DNA of 64,000 nucleotides from Rebecca billardiae RCC1528. Its lineage: Eukaryota; Protista; Haptophyta. The stretch spans positions 2,046,001 through 2,110,000 of the forward strand of contig OZ251228.1 of the NCBI GenBank assembly GCA_965240325.2, in the 5' to 3' direction. Below, piece after piece: positions 53,140 to 64,000 of the stretch. A model generated the notes under the pieces. It saw nothing but the letters and a program-made list of their open reading frames with translations, was not told the DNA's origin and did no database searches. The translations under genes were made by a program, and so were the position numbers. The stretch's first letter is position 1. Each line of letters starts with the position of its first letter.

Positions 53140-54811
53140 GCCGTCGGAGTATTGGCAGCAGATTGACTAGCTAGGGCTCACTGGGTGACTGGGTCTGGGC
53201 GGCACTCATGACACGCACTACGCAGTGTAGATGACCGGTCATACTGTCGCCAACCGACTCTCACTAGTGTCAGTGACTACACTGCCGCACTGGTGATTCG
53301 CACATCGGAGTCGCGCGTGATGACCGTATCCGCCGGATCCGGTGACCAATCAGTACGGCCATGGTCCCGCGCGCCGCTGACTCTGCAGCGCCGCCATGCG
53401 CAGTAGCTTCTCCCGTTACGCTGAGCGTCGCGTTCGAGGCAGACTGCGCGGCGGCCCGTCAGGATAGACAGATTGTGACCTCAGACGCCCTAAGAATCTG
53501 ACGACTAGCAGGCCAATCAGCCTGGCCTCACGACGACACGACGGCGGTCGGGAGAGTGCGTGCACGAGAGCTGCCGCTGCAAGGTCGGCGGGATCCGCGT
53601 ACCGGTAGCATCTGGCCGACGTTGCACCAGGCAGATGGTGTCTGATGATTGCCGAGAAAGCCACATGCTCCTCTCAAAGCCCATGTCGCAAAGTGGCTCA
53701 TCGTGCATCTCCTCATGCACCCTCGGCTCGCGCCTGCTGCCCTGCTTCACGGCAACCGGGCAACAGATGCTCTGAACTCTCGATTTTCTAGTGGCGCACG
53801 TAGTGAAGACTGGAGTGCAGCACTTCTCACACCTTGCACGTCAAGTGGGGCTACTTCCTGCTCACCAATCCCCTCTCCGCCGGGTGGCATGGTGGACGCC
53901 ACGACTCGCTAATGACGGCCTGAGCGTACGTAGTCGTTCGGCAGATGATGGAACGAAGGAACTTCAATAATCAATACGACTTCATCATCATCGACTTTCT
54001 CAACGGCTTCGTACGGCCCTTCGTCTTCGGCACAGGAGTCCTTCAGGTAATCCGGTTACGTGGCTCTGTTCGGTGAGGAACTCCGCGACGAACCGCAAAG
54101 TCATCAAACTTCCATAAAGTTTGCACAGCTTCTCTCGCGGCTCACAGCATGGACGATTCAGAGGTGACCGGAGAGCTTGAACTGATCTATGAGTGAATAA
54201 GAAATTACGGGTGGGCGCAGGGATGATAAATGAAGATCCCGACGACCGCGATCGAGCCGCCCGACTCCGATCCCCGATCGATCGATGTCGCGATCGCAGT
54301 TGCGCCGGTGCCCACGCGTCATGACCAACTTGCGGGCGCAAGACCCCGTGCATGTCGCGTGGTGGTCCGGAGCTGCGTGCATGACTTGAAGCTACGCCTT
54401 CTGTAGGGCCCGCTTGACACCTGTCTGCTGCCACTTGCGCCCACCAACGCTCAGCATGCATGGAAGAATCTTGTGCATCGCCGCGCCATCGGCGACGCGA
54501 GTCGGCCGAATCGTGCTGTCGCCACGGCGAGCGATAGTCAGCGTCCCGCGTGCATGGCACCCGACAATCGTTGCTGCGCGGGTCACCGCAGTCGGATTTG
54601 CAATCGTTCGTAACGGCAACTCATTCAACTAAAGCAGAAGGCTATATATATACTGTGACTGAGAGCTGATCACAAGCCGTCACCGGCGCAGGCGGCTCGG
54701 GGAGGCAACGCCGCGCAGAGTCGCGTCGGGAGTGACGAGGCGGTGCCCGGCATGCGTGCCCATGCGCGGGCTTTCTGACCAGATGAGCGCGCTTGGCGCG
54801 CCAGGCTGTCA

Positions 54812-55510
54812 TCATTGAACGGTCGTGCACTGCACGACATCCTCGAAGCAACACCGCAGCGGTCGCTTCCGCGGCGGAAGCATCGTTGAGGGCGAGTATT
54901 GCCTCTTGCGCGGCGGAAGCAGCACTTGTGCGGGTGGCACAGGTGTGTGCTCATCCGTGGGGGATGCGTCGTCGTCGACGTCGCTGTCGTAGTCGGACAC
55001 GTCATCGATCTCGTCCCACAGGCTGATCGCGCACACGGGCGACGTCGCGTCGGCCGAATCCAGATCCTCATCCACCTCGGTGGCCACGCTGCACGAGTCG
55101 TCGTCGCGCAGCGCGTAGTGCTCATCCCCGTCCGGGCCAGCGGCGGCGGCGGCGGGCTCGTAGAATGCGGCGTCAAAGCACACGCAAATCGCGACGCAGC
55201 GCTTGTTCCCGCATGGGGGTGGCATGCCGTGCAGCCAGCTGGGCGGCGTGGGTGTGGCGGCGGAGCACATTCTGCGCGTCGTGGACGGTGCGCACAGCCT
55301 GCACTCGGCGGGCAATTTGTTGCGCCGGTTAAGGCCACAGATTGCTGAGCTCATCAGAACCCAGCTGCATCTTCCGGCCGGCATGACGAATCGGTTGGAC
55401 GACGTCTCGATGCGTCGCGATGCACGGGCATCTGGAATCTCAACCGCATCGCCTATCAGGCCTGACCGCCTGATTGGTGCCTTGAGCCGAGTCTTGCACG
55501 TTTTCATCAA
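54812..55510 (-). CDS. Hypothetical Cys-rich and acidic ORF with duplicated LPPRKR
   Basis: ORF only; lies in a lower-GC region. Confidence 0.25.
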   Translation of the reverse strand: MMKTCKTRLKAPIRRSGLIGDAVEIPDARASRRIETSSNRFVMPAGRCSWVLMSSAICGLNRRNKLPAECRLCAPSTTRRMCSAATPTPPSWLHGMPPPCGNKRCVAICVCFDAAFYEPAAAAAGPDGDEHYALRDDDSCSVATEVDEDLDSADATSPVCAISLWDEIDDVSDYDSDVDDDASPTDEHTPVPPAQVLLPPRKRQYSPSTMLPPRKRPLRCCFEDVVQCTTVQ

Positions 55511-55858
55511 ATGTCAGTAAACTGTACTATGGCGCACGTCTCGACGGCGCGTCCCATTTGCATGGACTCCATCATTTTGCAGCGTGAAGACGTAGCCAAG
55601 TAGGTAGTCCGGCGATTTGAGCAATTGAGCCCAACCCCACGGGGCACATAATTTCGCAAATTACTTGGCAAAGATGCGCGCCTGGGCTTGCTCACAGGCC
55701 TGGGCCAACCGTGGCAAATGGGCGGCGCATATTTTACCTCCTCCGCCGCCTCCGCCCGTTAAAAATCGAGCATACTGCATCTTACACGCCACTTATGTGC
55801 AGCGGCACCGGTTCGCATTCAGCGCATCCAGCCACGAGACCCGAACCGATCGCCAGGC

Positions 55859-56596
55859 CTACTGGTGCGCCGCCGGCTGCGCCCCCCAGTGCTCGCGGAG
55901 AAGGCCCACGAAAGTGGGCACGCTCGTCGCGCCTGGCTTTGCAAAGTGGTACAGTCCGTGGTCCATTGGCGCGTCCGCCGACGTGCCGCGCAGGAAGTGC
56001 GCGCCGACCACCGCGGCCGCGTTGATCCTGACCCACTCCATCGTCACCCTCGGCTCGACCTCGGCGTCCTCGAGGCCGTGGACGAGGACGACGGGGCAAG
56101 AGCGCACGTAGGGGAATGGTGGGTGCTGCCGAAGGTCGGCGACAAATTCCCAGCGCAGCCCGCCACTCCCGTCTCCCGTCTGGTTGAAGCCGTCGTCGCA
56201 CACGTCGTCTGCCGGCGTCGCGCCCTTTCCCCAGCTCGGGTGCGCCGCGCACAGCGCGCCCACCCAAGTGCCAAGTGGATCGAAGGCAGGAGCGAGGAGG
56301 AGGAGGCGCTGGATGAGATCGGGCCGCCGCGATGCCACCAGCGCGGCAAGATAGGCGCCGTGCGACGAGCCGACGAGGCTCCATTTGGCGGCGCCGCCGC
56401 GCTCCTCGAGAAAGGCCTCCAGGCGCGACAGGACGCGCGACGTGTTGGTGTGCGCGTAGCCGCCGGCATGGCAGTCGAACGAGTGCACCTCGAAGGCGCC
56501 CGCCAGGTACTCACGCATGAGCTTCGCCTTCACGCCGTCCGGCCCCACACCCCAGCCGTGCACATACAGTGCCGGCGGCAAGCTGGACGGCGCCAT
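55859..56596 (-). CDS. YqiA/UPF0227-like alpha/beta hydrolase
   Basis: LYVHGW..GP...KA, LVGSSHG nucleophile elbow, LVHGLEDAEV, DHGL. Confidence 0.82.
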   Translation of the reverse strand: MAPSSLPPALYVHGWGVGPDGVKAKLMREYLAGAFEVHSFDCHAGGYAHTNTSRVLSRLEAFLEERGGAAKWSLVGSSHGAYLAALVASRRPDLIQRLLLLAPAFDPLGTWVGALCAAHPSWGKGATPADDVCDDGFNQTGDGSGGLRWEFVADLRQHPPFPYVRSCPVVLVHGLEDAEVEPRVTMEWVRINAAAVVGAHFLRGTSADAPMDHGLYHFAKPGATSVPTFVGLLREHWGAQPAAHQ

Positions 56597-57190
56597 CGTG
56601 GGGCGCACGGCTATTAATAAGTCTGATGCGCCCCACAAGGACAGGCCCACGCCCGAAATAGCTTGCTGCGCCTCATCATTATTAAGCAGTAGTACTCATC
56701 TTCGGCCGACGACGGCCATTTTATGAGATGCTCAAGTTCTCAACCACAAAAGAGGCGGCGGAGGCGTGCGGGTGCAAGCCGGTGCGGCGCAAAGGTGGTA
56801 CGAGAGCATCGACGCGTGCTATGATTATCTGCTGTGGAAACTTGACGGAGCCGCATCCCTGGGCTTCTGATTGGCGCGGGAGTATCGGTCTACCCGGGCG
56901 CCCAAGTTTGCTGCAAGTTTGTAGCCTGCCGTGCACCCGCATTTGTGGGGCGCCTAGGCAACCAAAGGGAAGGTGCCGTGTAATGACTGAACCGGGATCC
57001 GTTTCACACCCCACGGCCGGCGCGCCGCGCCGGAGGGCATTGATGACAACTGATGTAGAGACTGTAGTAGTAGCCGGTGAGAATCCCACACAGCGCAGCG
57101 CCAGATCCCGGGACAACACTGAGCTTGGTTGGCGGAGCGAAACCGAGACACGTCCGCCACTGCCACCCAACCCCCAAACCGGCCGCGACG

Positions 57191-58955
57191 ATGTTTGCGG
57201 ACGACTGGAAACGTGACGCGCCTCCGCGGCTGGAGGTGGGCGCGTCAGACGGCACCGACGGTCTCGTCGTGTGCACGACGCCGCCCAGCCCGAGCGCGCC
57301 CACCGCGGGATCACCCCCGCCCCGCCCCTCGCTCGGCTCGCCGTCGCCGGCGCACGCGCGCTGCGATGGCCATCCCGACGGCGCGGCTGACTCGCGCGAG
57401 TGGTTCTACCGCGATGGCGAGCCCGCGTTCGCGAGGGTACGCACGCTCGGGCAGGGCTCGCAGGGCACTGCGTACCTCGTGACCGACGCGCACACCGGCG
57501 CCGAGCTCGTGCTCAAGCGCAGGCACAACGTGCCGCACTCGCCGCACGGCCGAGACGAGGCCAAGGCCCTCGCCTCCGTCCGCCACCCCAACATCGTGCG
57601 CTCGCTCGGCTCGTGGTTGGACCCGGCGTCGGGCGCGACGATGATCCTGATGGAGTACGTGCCGGGCGGCACGCTCCGCGAGCGGCTCGATTCGATGCAG
57701 GCCGGCGCGGCCGAGGGCGCGGCCGAGGGCGCGGCCGAGGGCGTGTCGGCTGGCGAGCCGCTCGCCGCGCCCGCCGTGCGGCGCGTGGCGGAGGAGGCGC
57801 TGCTGGACTGGGCCGCGCAGCTGCTCTTCGCGCTGGCGCACATGCACGAGGTGGGCGTGATCCACCGCGACATCAAGTCGTCCAACGTGCTCGTCGACGA
57901 CCGCGACGGCGCGGACTCGCTCGAGCTCAAGCTGGGCGACTTTGGCGTTGCGCGCACGCTGCCGTCCGCGGCCGTGCTGGGCGAGGGCCAGGACGGGCTG
58001 GCGCACACGTGCATCGGCACGCCGCTGTACCTCGCGCCCGAGGTGATCGAGGGCAAGGGCTACGGCTCGGGCTCCGACGTGTGGGCCCTCGGCGTCCTGC
58101 TGTACGAGGCGGCGACGCTCTCCATGCCGTTTGAGGCCGATAATCTGGGCGCGCTCGCGCTGCGGATCCTGCGCGGCAGCTACGCGCCGATCGACGCGGG
58201 GCGGTACTCGGACGCGCTGCGCGGGCTGGTCGGGCGCTGCCTCGAGGTGGACCCCGCCAAGCGCCCGTCCGCCGCCGAGCTGCTCCACGACCCCGCCATC
58301 TGGGAGCGCGCGCGCGTGCTGCGCGCGCGCGCGCGCGCCCAGGGCAGCGTCGGCAGCCCACGCGCGCCCGCGCCGCGCGCGCTCGCGCGCGCGCACTCGC
58401 TGCCGTCGCCCTACTCGGTGTCGACGCCGCTCTCGTCGCTGCCCACGGCGCGCAACGTGCACGCCTCGCCGCGCGCGCTGGGCCACGACGAGCCCTGCCA
58501 CCTCTCGCTCGCCAGGGAGGCCGCCATGCTGAGCGCGGAGCTCGAGGCGAACGTGGGCGGCGCGTGGAGCGAGCGCGCGCGCACCGCTCTGCGCAGGCTA
58601 TCGCTCGCGGCGTCGCGCCCGCCGTCGCAGCCGGAGACGCCGATGGAGGGCTCGCCGCGCTCGCCCAAGCGCTCGGCGCGCGCGCCGCGTGGCAGCGACG
58701 ACGACGACGGGTACGAGAGCGACGGCGCCCGCTTCGTCGGAGGTCCGTTGGCGACTCTGCGCGAGGGCGCAGCCGCGCCGCTCGAGCCGCCGCCGCTGCC
58801 GCCGCCGCCGCCGTCGCAGCCGCGCGTGGCGGAGGCGGCGGCGGAGGCGGCGGAGAGCTACGTGCTCAGCGTGCCCACGGCGCACACCAAGCCAAGGCGC
58901 GTGCGCAGCGCGGCCGAGCCCTCCCCGCCCGCCCCGCCGGACGCCAAGCCGACGA

Positions 58956-58989
<34 letters not shown>

Positions 58990-60699
58990 AGCGGGCGCGC
59001 CCTCGCGCTCGGCCGCTAGGCACCGGCCAGTGGCACGCTCGCTCAGCATGGGCAGCGGCGCGGGCGCGGGCGCGGGCGCGGCGGCGGCGGAGGCTGCCGG
59101 GCAGGCGTGGCCGCTCGCTCGCGCCGCGCTCGAGGTCGCGCTCCCGGACTCGGACTGGTGCGGACCGGACGGCGCGGCCGCCGCGGCCGCGGACGGCGCG
59201 GCCGCCGCCGACGCGCCGCGCGCCGGCTGCGCATCGGCCAAGCTCGTGCGCGCCGAGCTCAGCTCGCCCCGCTCGCGCGTGCCGTCGCCGCTCGCGGCCC
59301 GGCTCTCGCGCGCGGCGGCGGCTCGCGCCGGCGCCATGTACAAGACGCGGTGCGACGCGCTCGGCGTGCACGCACGCCCCGCCGTGCGCGCACACCTCGA
59401 GCGGTTTGTCGCGCGGCGCGCGTGCGCCTTTTGCGCGGACGCGTGCGCGGACGGCGGCGCGCCGCCGGCGGCGGAGGAGTTGGACGCGGTGTGCGCCGCG
59501 CTTGCGCACGGGTGCCCGGAGGAGCTGCGCTCGTTCAGCGTCGAGCGCGGCGCGCGGCTCTGCGCCTCCGCCGCGCCCGCCCTCGGCGCGCTCCTCGCCG
59601 CCTGCCCGGCGCTGGAGACGATCGCCGCCGAGCACAGCGGTCTGAGCGCCGCGGCGCTCGACGGCTGGGCGGCGGCACTCTCGCGCGCCGAGCGGGTGCC
59701 CACGCTGCGCGACGTGCGGCTGCACGGGCCGCTGAGCGCGCCGGCCGTGGTCGCGCTGTGCCGCGTGCTCACGCACGCGCGGCGCGGCCTGCGCGAGCTC
59801 GAGCTCACCGGCTGCGACGGCGTCGGCGACACGCGCGCCGCGCGCTCGCTCGCCGCCGTGCTCCGGTCGCCCGCGTGCCGAAGCTCTCTGGAGCGCCTCG
59901 TTATCGCAGAGGCGCCGCTCGGCACGGCGGAGGCGGCGGTGGTGGAGAGCGTCGTCGCGCCGTGCGCGCGCTCGCTCCGCTCGCTCTCCCTCGCCGCGTG
60001 CCGCCTCGAGCTCGCCGCCGTGTGCGCCGCGCTCGGCAGCTGCCCGGGCGCGCGCGCGGCACTGCAGCAGCTCGACCTCAGCTCCAACAAGCTGAGGGGC
60101 GGGCGCGCGGCCGAGCGCGCGCTCGCCTCGCTCGTGCGCTCGGCGGAGCGGCTGAGCGTGCTGCGCGTCTCGCGGCTCACGCCGCCGCCCTCGGCGGAGG
60201 GCCTCGCGCTCGTGCTCACCGCCGCCGCGCGCAACCCCAACCTCGACGCCTTCGAGCTGGACGCTTCGGACAACTGTCTCGGCCCGGCGGGCGCGGAGGC
60301 GCTCGCTGCCGCCCTCATCGGCTCTGGTGGGCGCGAGGGGCCGCCCAAGCTGCGCGCGCTCGACCTGAGCAGGAACGAGCTGGGCGCGAGGGGGATGCGC
60401 GCGCTGCTCGGCGCGCTGCGCGGGCAGCCGCTGCACGAGCTCCATCTCGACGGCAACCTCCGCCAGCGCCGCTCGCGCGCGGCGTCGCTCAGCGCCGGCC
60501 TGTCGACAACTCCGGCCGCCGCCGCGGCGCACGCGGCGGCGGCGGCGGCGTCTGTTGGTCTCACCGCCGCTGGTGGCGGTGGCTCCGGCACGGCGTCGCC
60601 TGCTTCCGGCAGCGGCGGCGTGCCCGCCTCACGCGCCGCCACGCGCGCCGCCCTCAGCCACTTTGTCGAGGCCACGCCCTCGCTCCGCGCGCTGTCGCT

Positions 60700-60738
<39 letters not shown>

Positions 60739-61390
60739 GCTCGGCGGCAGCGTCGGCCGGCGCGCTCTCACGCCCGGCGCGCGCTCGGTGGCAGGCCTCG
60801 GCACCGCGGCTCCGGCCGAGGCCGAGGCGGTGGGCGCGCGGCGGCAGTATCTGACGGGCGACGAGCCGCTCGTGCGCCGGCGCATGAGCGCGCCGCCCGT
60901 CTCACTCGGCGCGCACGCGGGGCTGTCCGCGTCAGCGGCTGCGCACGCGCGCGCCCTCCGCTCCCCGGCCACCAGCCCAGTCGCGCCCGCCGCTGCCGGC
61001 CAGAGCCGCGCGCCCTCGCCGCAGCCGCAGCCGGCGGGCGAGCGTGGTGCGGCGCGGCGTGGGCTGGCCGTCCGGCGGCACACGCTTGAGGTGCCGACGC
61101 CACCGCCGCTCGCCCGAGCGCGCGGGCACAAGCGCTCGGGCAGCGAAGGCGTCGCCATCGAGCGAGGGTGCGGCTCCGGCCTCCTGGCAGACGTGACGGT
61201 CCACGCCCTCGTCTTTGCACTCGCGGGCTGCACTCGGCTGGAGAGGCTGGACGTCACCGCCGTGATGGGCGGGGAGGGCGTGGGCGCGGCGCAGGCCGAG
61301 GCGGAGGCGCACCTCCTCCGCCGACTCTTCGAGCGCACGCCGTCGATTGCCGCCCTCGAGTGCGGCGAGCTCGCGCTCACGCGCGGCTGA
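57191..61390 (+). CDS. NEK-like Ser/Thr kinase with C-terminal RNI-type LRRs
   Basis: GQGSQG, HRDIKSSN, KLGDFGVAR, TCIGTPLYLAPE, SDVWALG; LQQLDLSSNKL, LRALDLSRNELG. Confidence 0.88.
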
Positions 61391-61601
61391 CGCGGCCGTG
61401 TGGCGCCAAGACAGTCGGGAATTGAAAATCATCCGCCAGCATCGTCAATATTCATCAAAATCGATCGGCGGAGATCCGCACCCGGACCAAAGGAATAGAA
61501 GAGAGAACCCGGACTTTCATCTGCGCGCTGCGCACTCCGGTGATAGATGAGAAGCTCCGCGCGCGCGCGCGCGCTTGGTCCTTGCTGCCTTCGGTTCATT
61601 C

Positions 61602-64000
61602 ATGAACGCGGAGGCGGACGAGGGACAACGGTCTTCGCTCACGCACTGGCTCACCAGCGAGCAGCACGCGAACGGCGCCGACATGCGAGCGGACGACGCG
61701 CAGCCCAACGAGGGCGAGGTGACTCCGGACCTCTTTGAGCTCCACCCGGCGAGCACAGACGCGAAGAAGGCGTGGTACCGCCTGTGCGAGGCTGAGCGCC
61801 TGCACGCGGAGGCGCACAACGAGGCGTGCCGCACGAAGGAGCGCCTCGCGTCGGCCGAGGCGCACGTCGGGCGGCTCGAGGATCAGTGCGCGCTGCTCCA
61901 AAAGCAGCTCAAGTTCAACAAGGACACCCAGTCCGCGTCCCTCGCCATCGAATGGCGGCGCGTCGAGGCCCTCGAGAAGCAGGCCGGCGCGCTGCAGGAG
62001 CGCACGGAGAACGCGGAGAAGGCCCGGTGGCACATCACCGCGCACCTCGAGGCGTGGGACCGGCTGAACGCGAAGGTGAAGGAGAAGATCGACGAGCTGA
62101 CCGAGGAGGCGCGCACGCGCGAGGCGTCGCTGGCCGAGGCCAAGCGCGAGCTCGCCGCGGCGACGGCCGACGCGAGCGCGCGCGCGGATGCGCTCGAGAA
62201 GCACAAGGCGGACGCGGACGCGGAGCGGCTCGCGCGCGACGAGCAGCTGCGCGACCGCGCGGCTGAGATCGAGAAGCTCGACGAGAAGGTGGCGGCGCAG
62301 GCGTGCGATCTCGACTCCGCGCGCGCCGAGGCACGCGACGCGCACGCCAAGTGCGCCGAGCAGGCCAAGCGGATCGAGGAGGCCGAGGCGGCGATGAAGA
62401 CGGTTGCGGACGAGCTCGCAGCCGCGCGCGCGACGGCCGAGCGGCTCGACGTCGAGCTCAAGGCGTCGGTCGCGCAGCTGCAGCAGCGGAAGGACGAGAT
62501 CGACGCGCTGCGCGCATCCGCCGACGACGCGAGCGCCGCGCACGCCACGCAGTGCGCCCAGGCCGACGCGCGGCTGCAGGACGCCAAGGCGCATGCGCAG
62601 CAGCTGCTCGACGCGCATGCGCGCGAGCGCGCGCTGCTCACTGAGAAGCTCGATGACGCGGCCTCGAAGGGCGACGAGGCGCGCTCGAAGCTCGAGCAGC
62701 TGACGACGCAGTTCGAGAGCGAGCAGGCCAAGCACCGCGAGCTGCGCGCCGCGTTTGACCGCCTCGCCGGCGCGGACAAGGAGCGCGCCGAGCTCGCAGA
62801 GCGGCTGCGCGCGGCGCAGGAGGCGGGGCAGCAGGCCGTCATCAGCGCCAAGGCGGAGGCCGCGGCCGCGCAGCACGAGCTCGGGTCGAGCCGGGCGTAC
62901 GGGAAGGAGCGCGATACGGAGCTGCGCAAGGCGGAGGGCGCGCGCAGCGGGCTCGAGACCCAGCTCGACCGCGCGCGGCAGGACCTCGAGAGCGCCCATG
63001 CCGAGCTCAAGACTGCGAAAGCCGAGGCGGCAGATGCGCGCGAGCAGCTGGCGGCCATGCGCGCCAAGCTCGATGCGGCGGAGCGCGCGCGCAAGGAGCA
63101 GCTCGAGGAGATCCAGGCGCACAAGCGCAAGCTGGACGAGCGCGCTGACGAGCTCACGGGCGCGCAGGGCGAGATCAAGCGCCTCAAGACCGACCTCGAG
63201 CACACCGCCAAGGCCAAGCTCGAGGCCGCGCAGCGCGCGTCAGACTCGGAGCGCGCAGGCGCGGAGACGGCCAAGAAGCTGACGGCGATGCAGAAGAAGC
63301 GCGATGACGTGCAGTCCAAGCTGGAGAAGGCGAAGGAGGACGGGAAGGCGAGCCTGGCCAAGCTGAAGGAGAAGGACGAGCTCGCCAAGGAGGCCGAGCG
63401 ACGGCGCGAAGCCGCCGAGGACGGGCAGCGCAAGGCGAGCACGGCGGCGAGCGAGGCGCGCGAGCAGCTGCAGGGCGCGCACGAGAAGGCGGTGCGCGCG
63501 CTCGAGGCCAAGCTGAGCGCCGCCGAGGCGACGAAGAAGGAGCTCGAGCAGAAGTACGCGGCGGAGTGCGAGCAGAGCCAGAAGCACCGCTCCGACAGCA
63601 CTTCGCTCGAGCTGCGCGCGAAGGAGTCCGAGGAGAAGCTCGCCGCCGCATGCGGCGATCTCGCCAAGCTCCAGGCGGAGCACGAGAAGCTTCAGTCGCT
63701 CGTCGAGGAGAACAATGGCAAGCTCGTCGCGGCCGGCGAGAGAATCATGCAGCTCAACAGGCAGGAGACCAAGAAGGACGAGGAGGTCGGCACGCTCATG
63801 CGCAAGCTCGAGCAGGCGGAGCTGCGCGGGCAGACGCCGGACTCGCGCGCGGCCTCCGACCCCGGCGGCGGCACCACGCCGTCCGCGTCCACGCCGGCGT
63901 GGGCTGGGGCCGCGCAGCCGCCGGGCGCGCCGATCGACACCCTGGCCGGCGGCGGCGAGCAGCTCAGCTCGCCGGCAGCGAACGTCGACGACATCGACGC
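61602..64000 (+). CDS. Long coiled-coil protein (runs off the window end)
   Basis: Open frame from ATG 61602 (MNAEADEGQ...), rich in E/K/A/L heptads. Absent from the ORF track, consistent with no stop codon in the window. Confidence 0.8.
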   Translation, partial: MNAEADEGQRSSLTHWLTSEQHANGADMRADDAQPNEGEVTPDLFELHPASTDAKKAWYRLCEAERLHAEAHNEACRTKERLASAEAHVGRLEDQCALLQKQLKFNKDTQSASLAIEWRRVEALEKQAGALQERTENAEKARWHITAHLEAWDRLNAKVKEKIDELTEEARTREASLAEAKRELAAATADASARADALEKHKADADAERLARDEQLRDRAAEIEKLDEKVAAQACDLDSARAEARDAHAKCAEQAKRIEEAEAAMKTVADELAAARATAERLDVELKASVAQLQQRKDEIDALRASADDASAAHATQCAQADARLQDAKAHAQQLLDAHARERALLTEKLDDAASKGDEARSKLEQLTTQFESEQAKHRELRAAFDRLAGADKERAELAERLRAAQEAGQQAVISAKAEAAAAQHELGSSRAYGKERDTELRKAEGARSGLETQLDRARQDLESAHAELKTAKAEAADAREQLAAMRAKLDAAERARKEQLEEIQAHKRKLDERADELTGAQGEIKRLKTDLEHTAKAKLEAAQRASDSERAGAETAKKLTAMQKKRDDVQSKLEKAKEDGKASLAKLKEKDELAKEAERRREAAEDGQRKASTAASEAREQLQGAHEKAVRALEAKLSAAEATKKELEQKYAAECEQSQKHRSDSTSLELRAKESEEKLAAACGDLAKLQAEHEKLQSLVEENNGKLVAAGERIMQLNRQETKKDEEVGTLMRKLEQAELRGQTPDSRAASDPGGGTTPSASTPAWAGAAQPPGAPIDTLAGGGEQLSSPAANVDDID

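Noticed and set aside
61596-63994. Long minus-strand ORFs
   Set aside because: Antisense shadows of the plus-strand coiled-coil gene.

Overview
Very GC-rich, gene-dense eukaryotic DNA with short GC-rich GT-AG introns and TA/CT/GA/GT microsatellites. A signal peptide plus ASAEAF plastid-targeting motif suggests an alga with a complex red plastid (haptophyte-like; inference). Ordinary genes: histidine phosphatase, SAM methyltransferase, mitochondrial carrier, DUF2358-glutaredoxin, SAAL1-like, METTL25-like, YIPF6-like, cyclin T/K-like, multi-GYF, YqiA-like esterase, NEK kinase-LRR and a coiled-coil protein. Two unusual systems stand out. (1) Six intronless genes are built from 114-bp/38-aa EsV-1-7-type Cys/His repeats (16, 8, 9, 4, 5 and 10 units). 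The repeats are nearly invariant except at a few residues, giving PRDM9/TALE-like variable arrays with a putative NLS. (2) A 4-copy tandem segmental array (11416-29082) carries one such gene per unit. In three units the same TGA^TAT site holds a different Helitron2/Helentron-like non-autonomous element (one inverted), and the fourth unit shows the empty site. Two further TIR elements (CACAGT-ended, and one with subterminal repeat arrays) are also present. No transposase is recognisable in the window.
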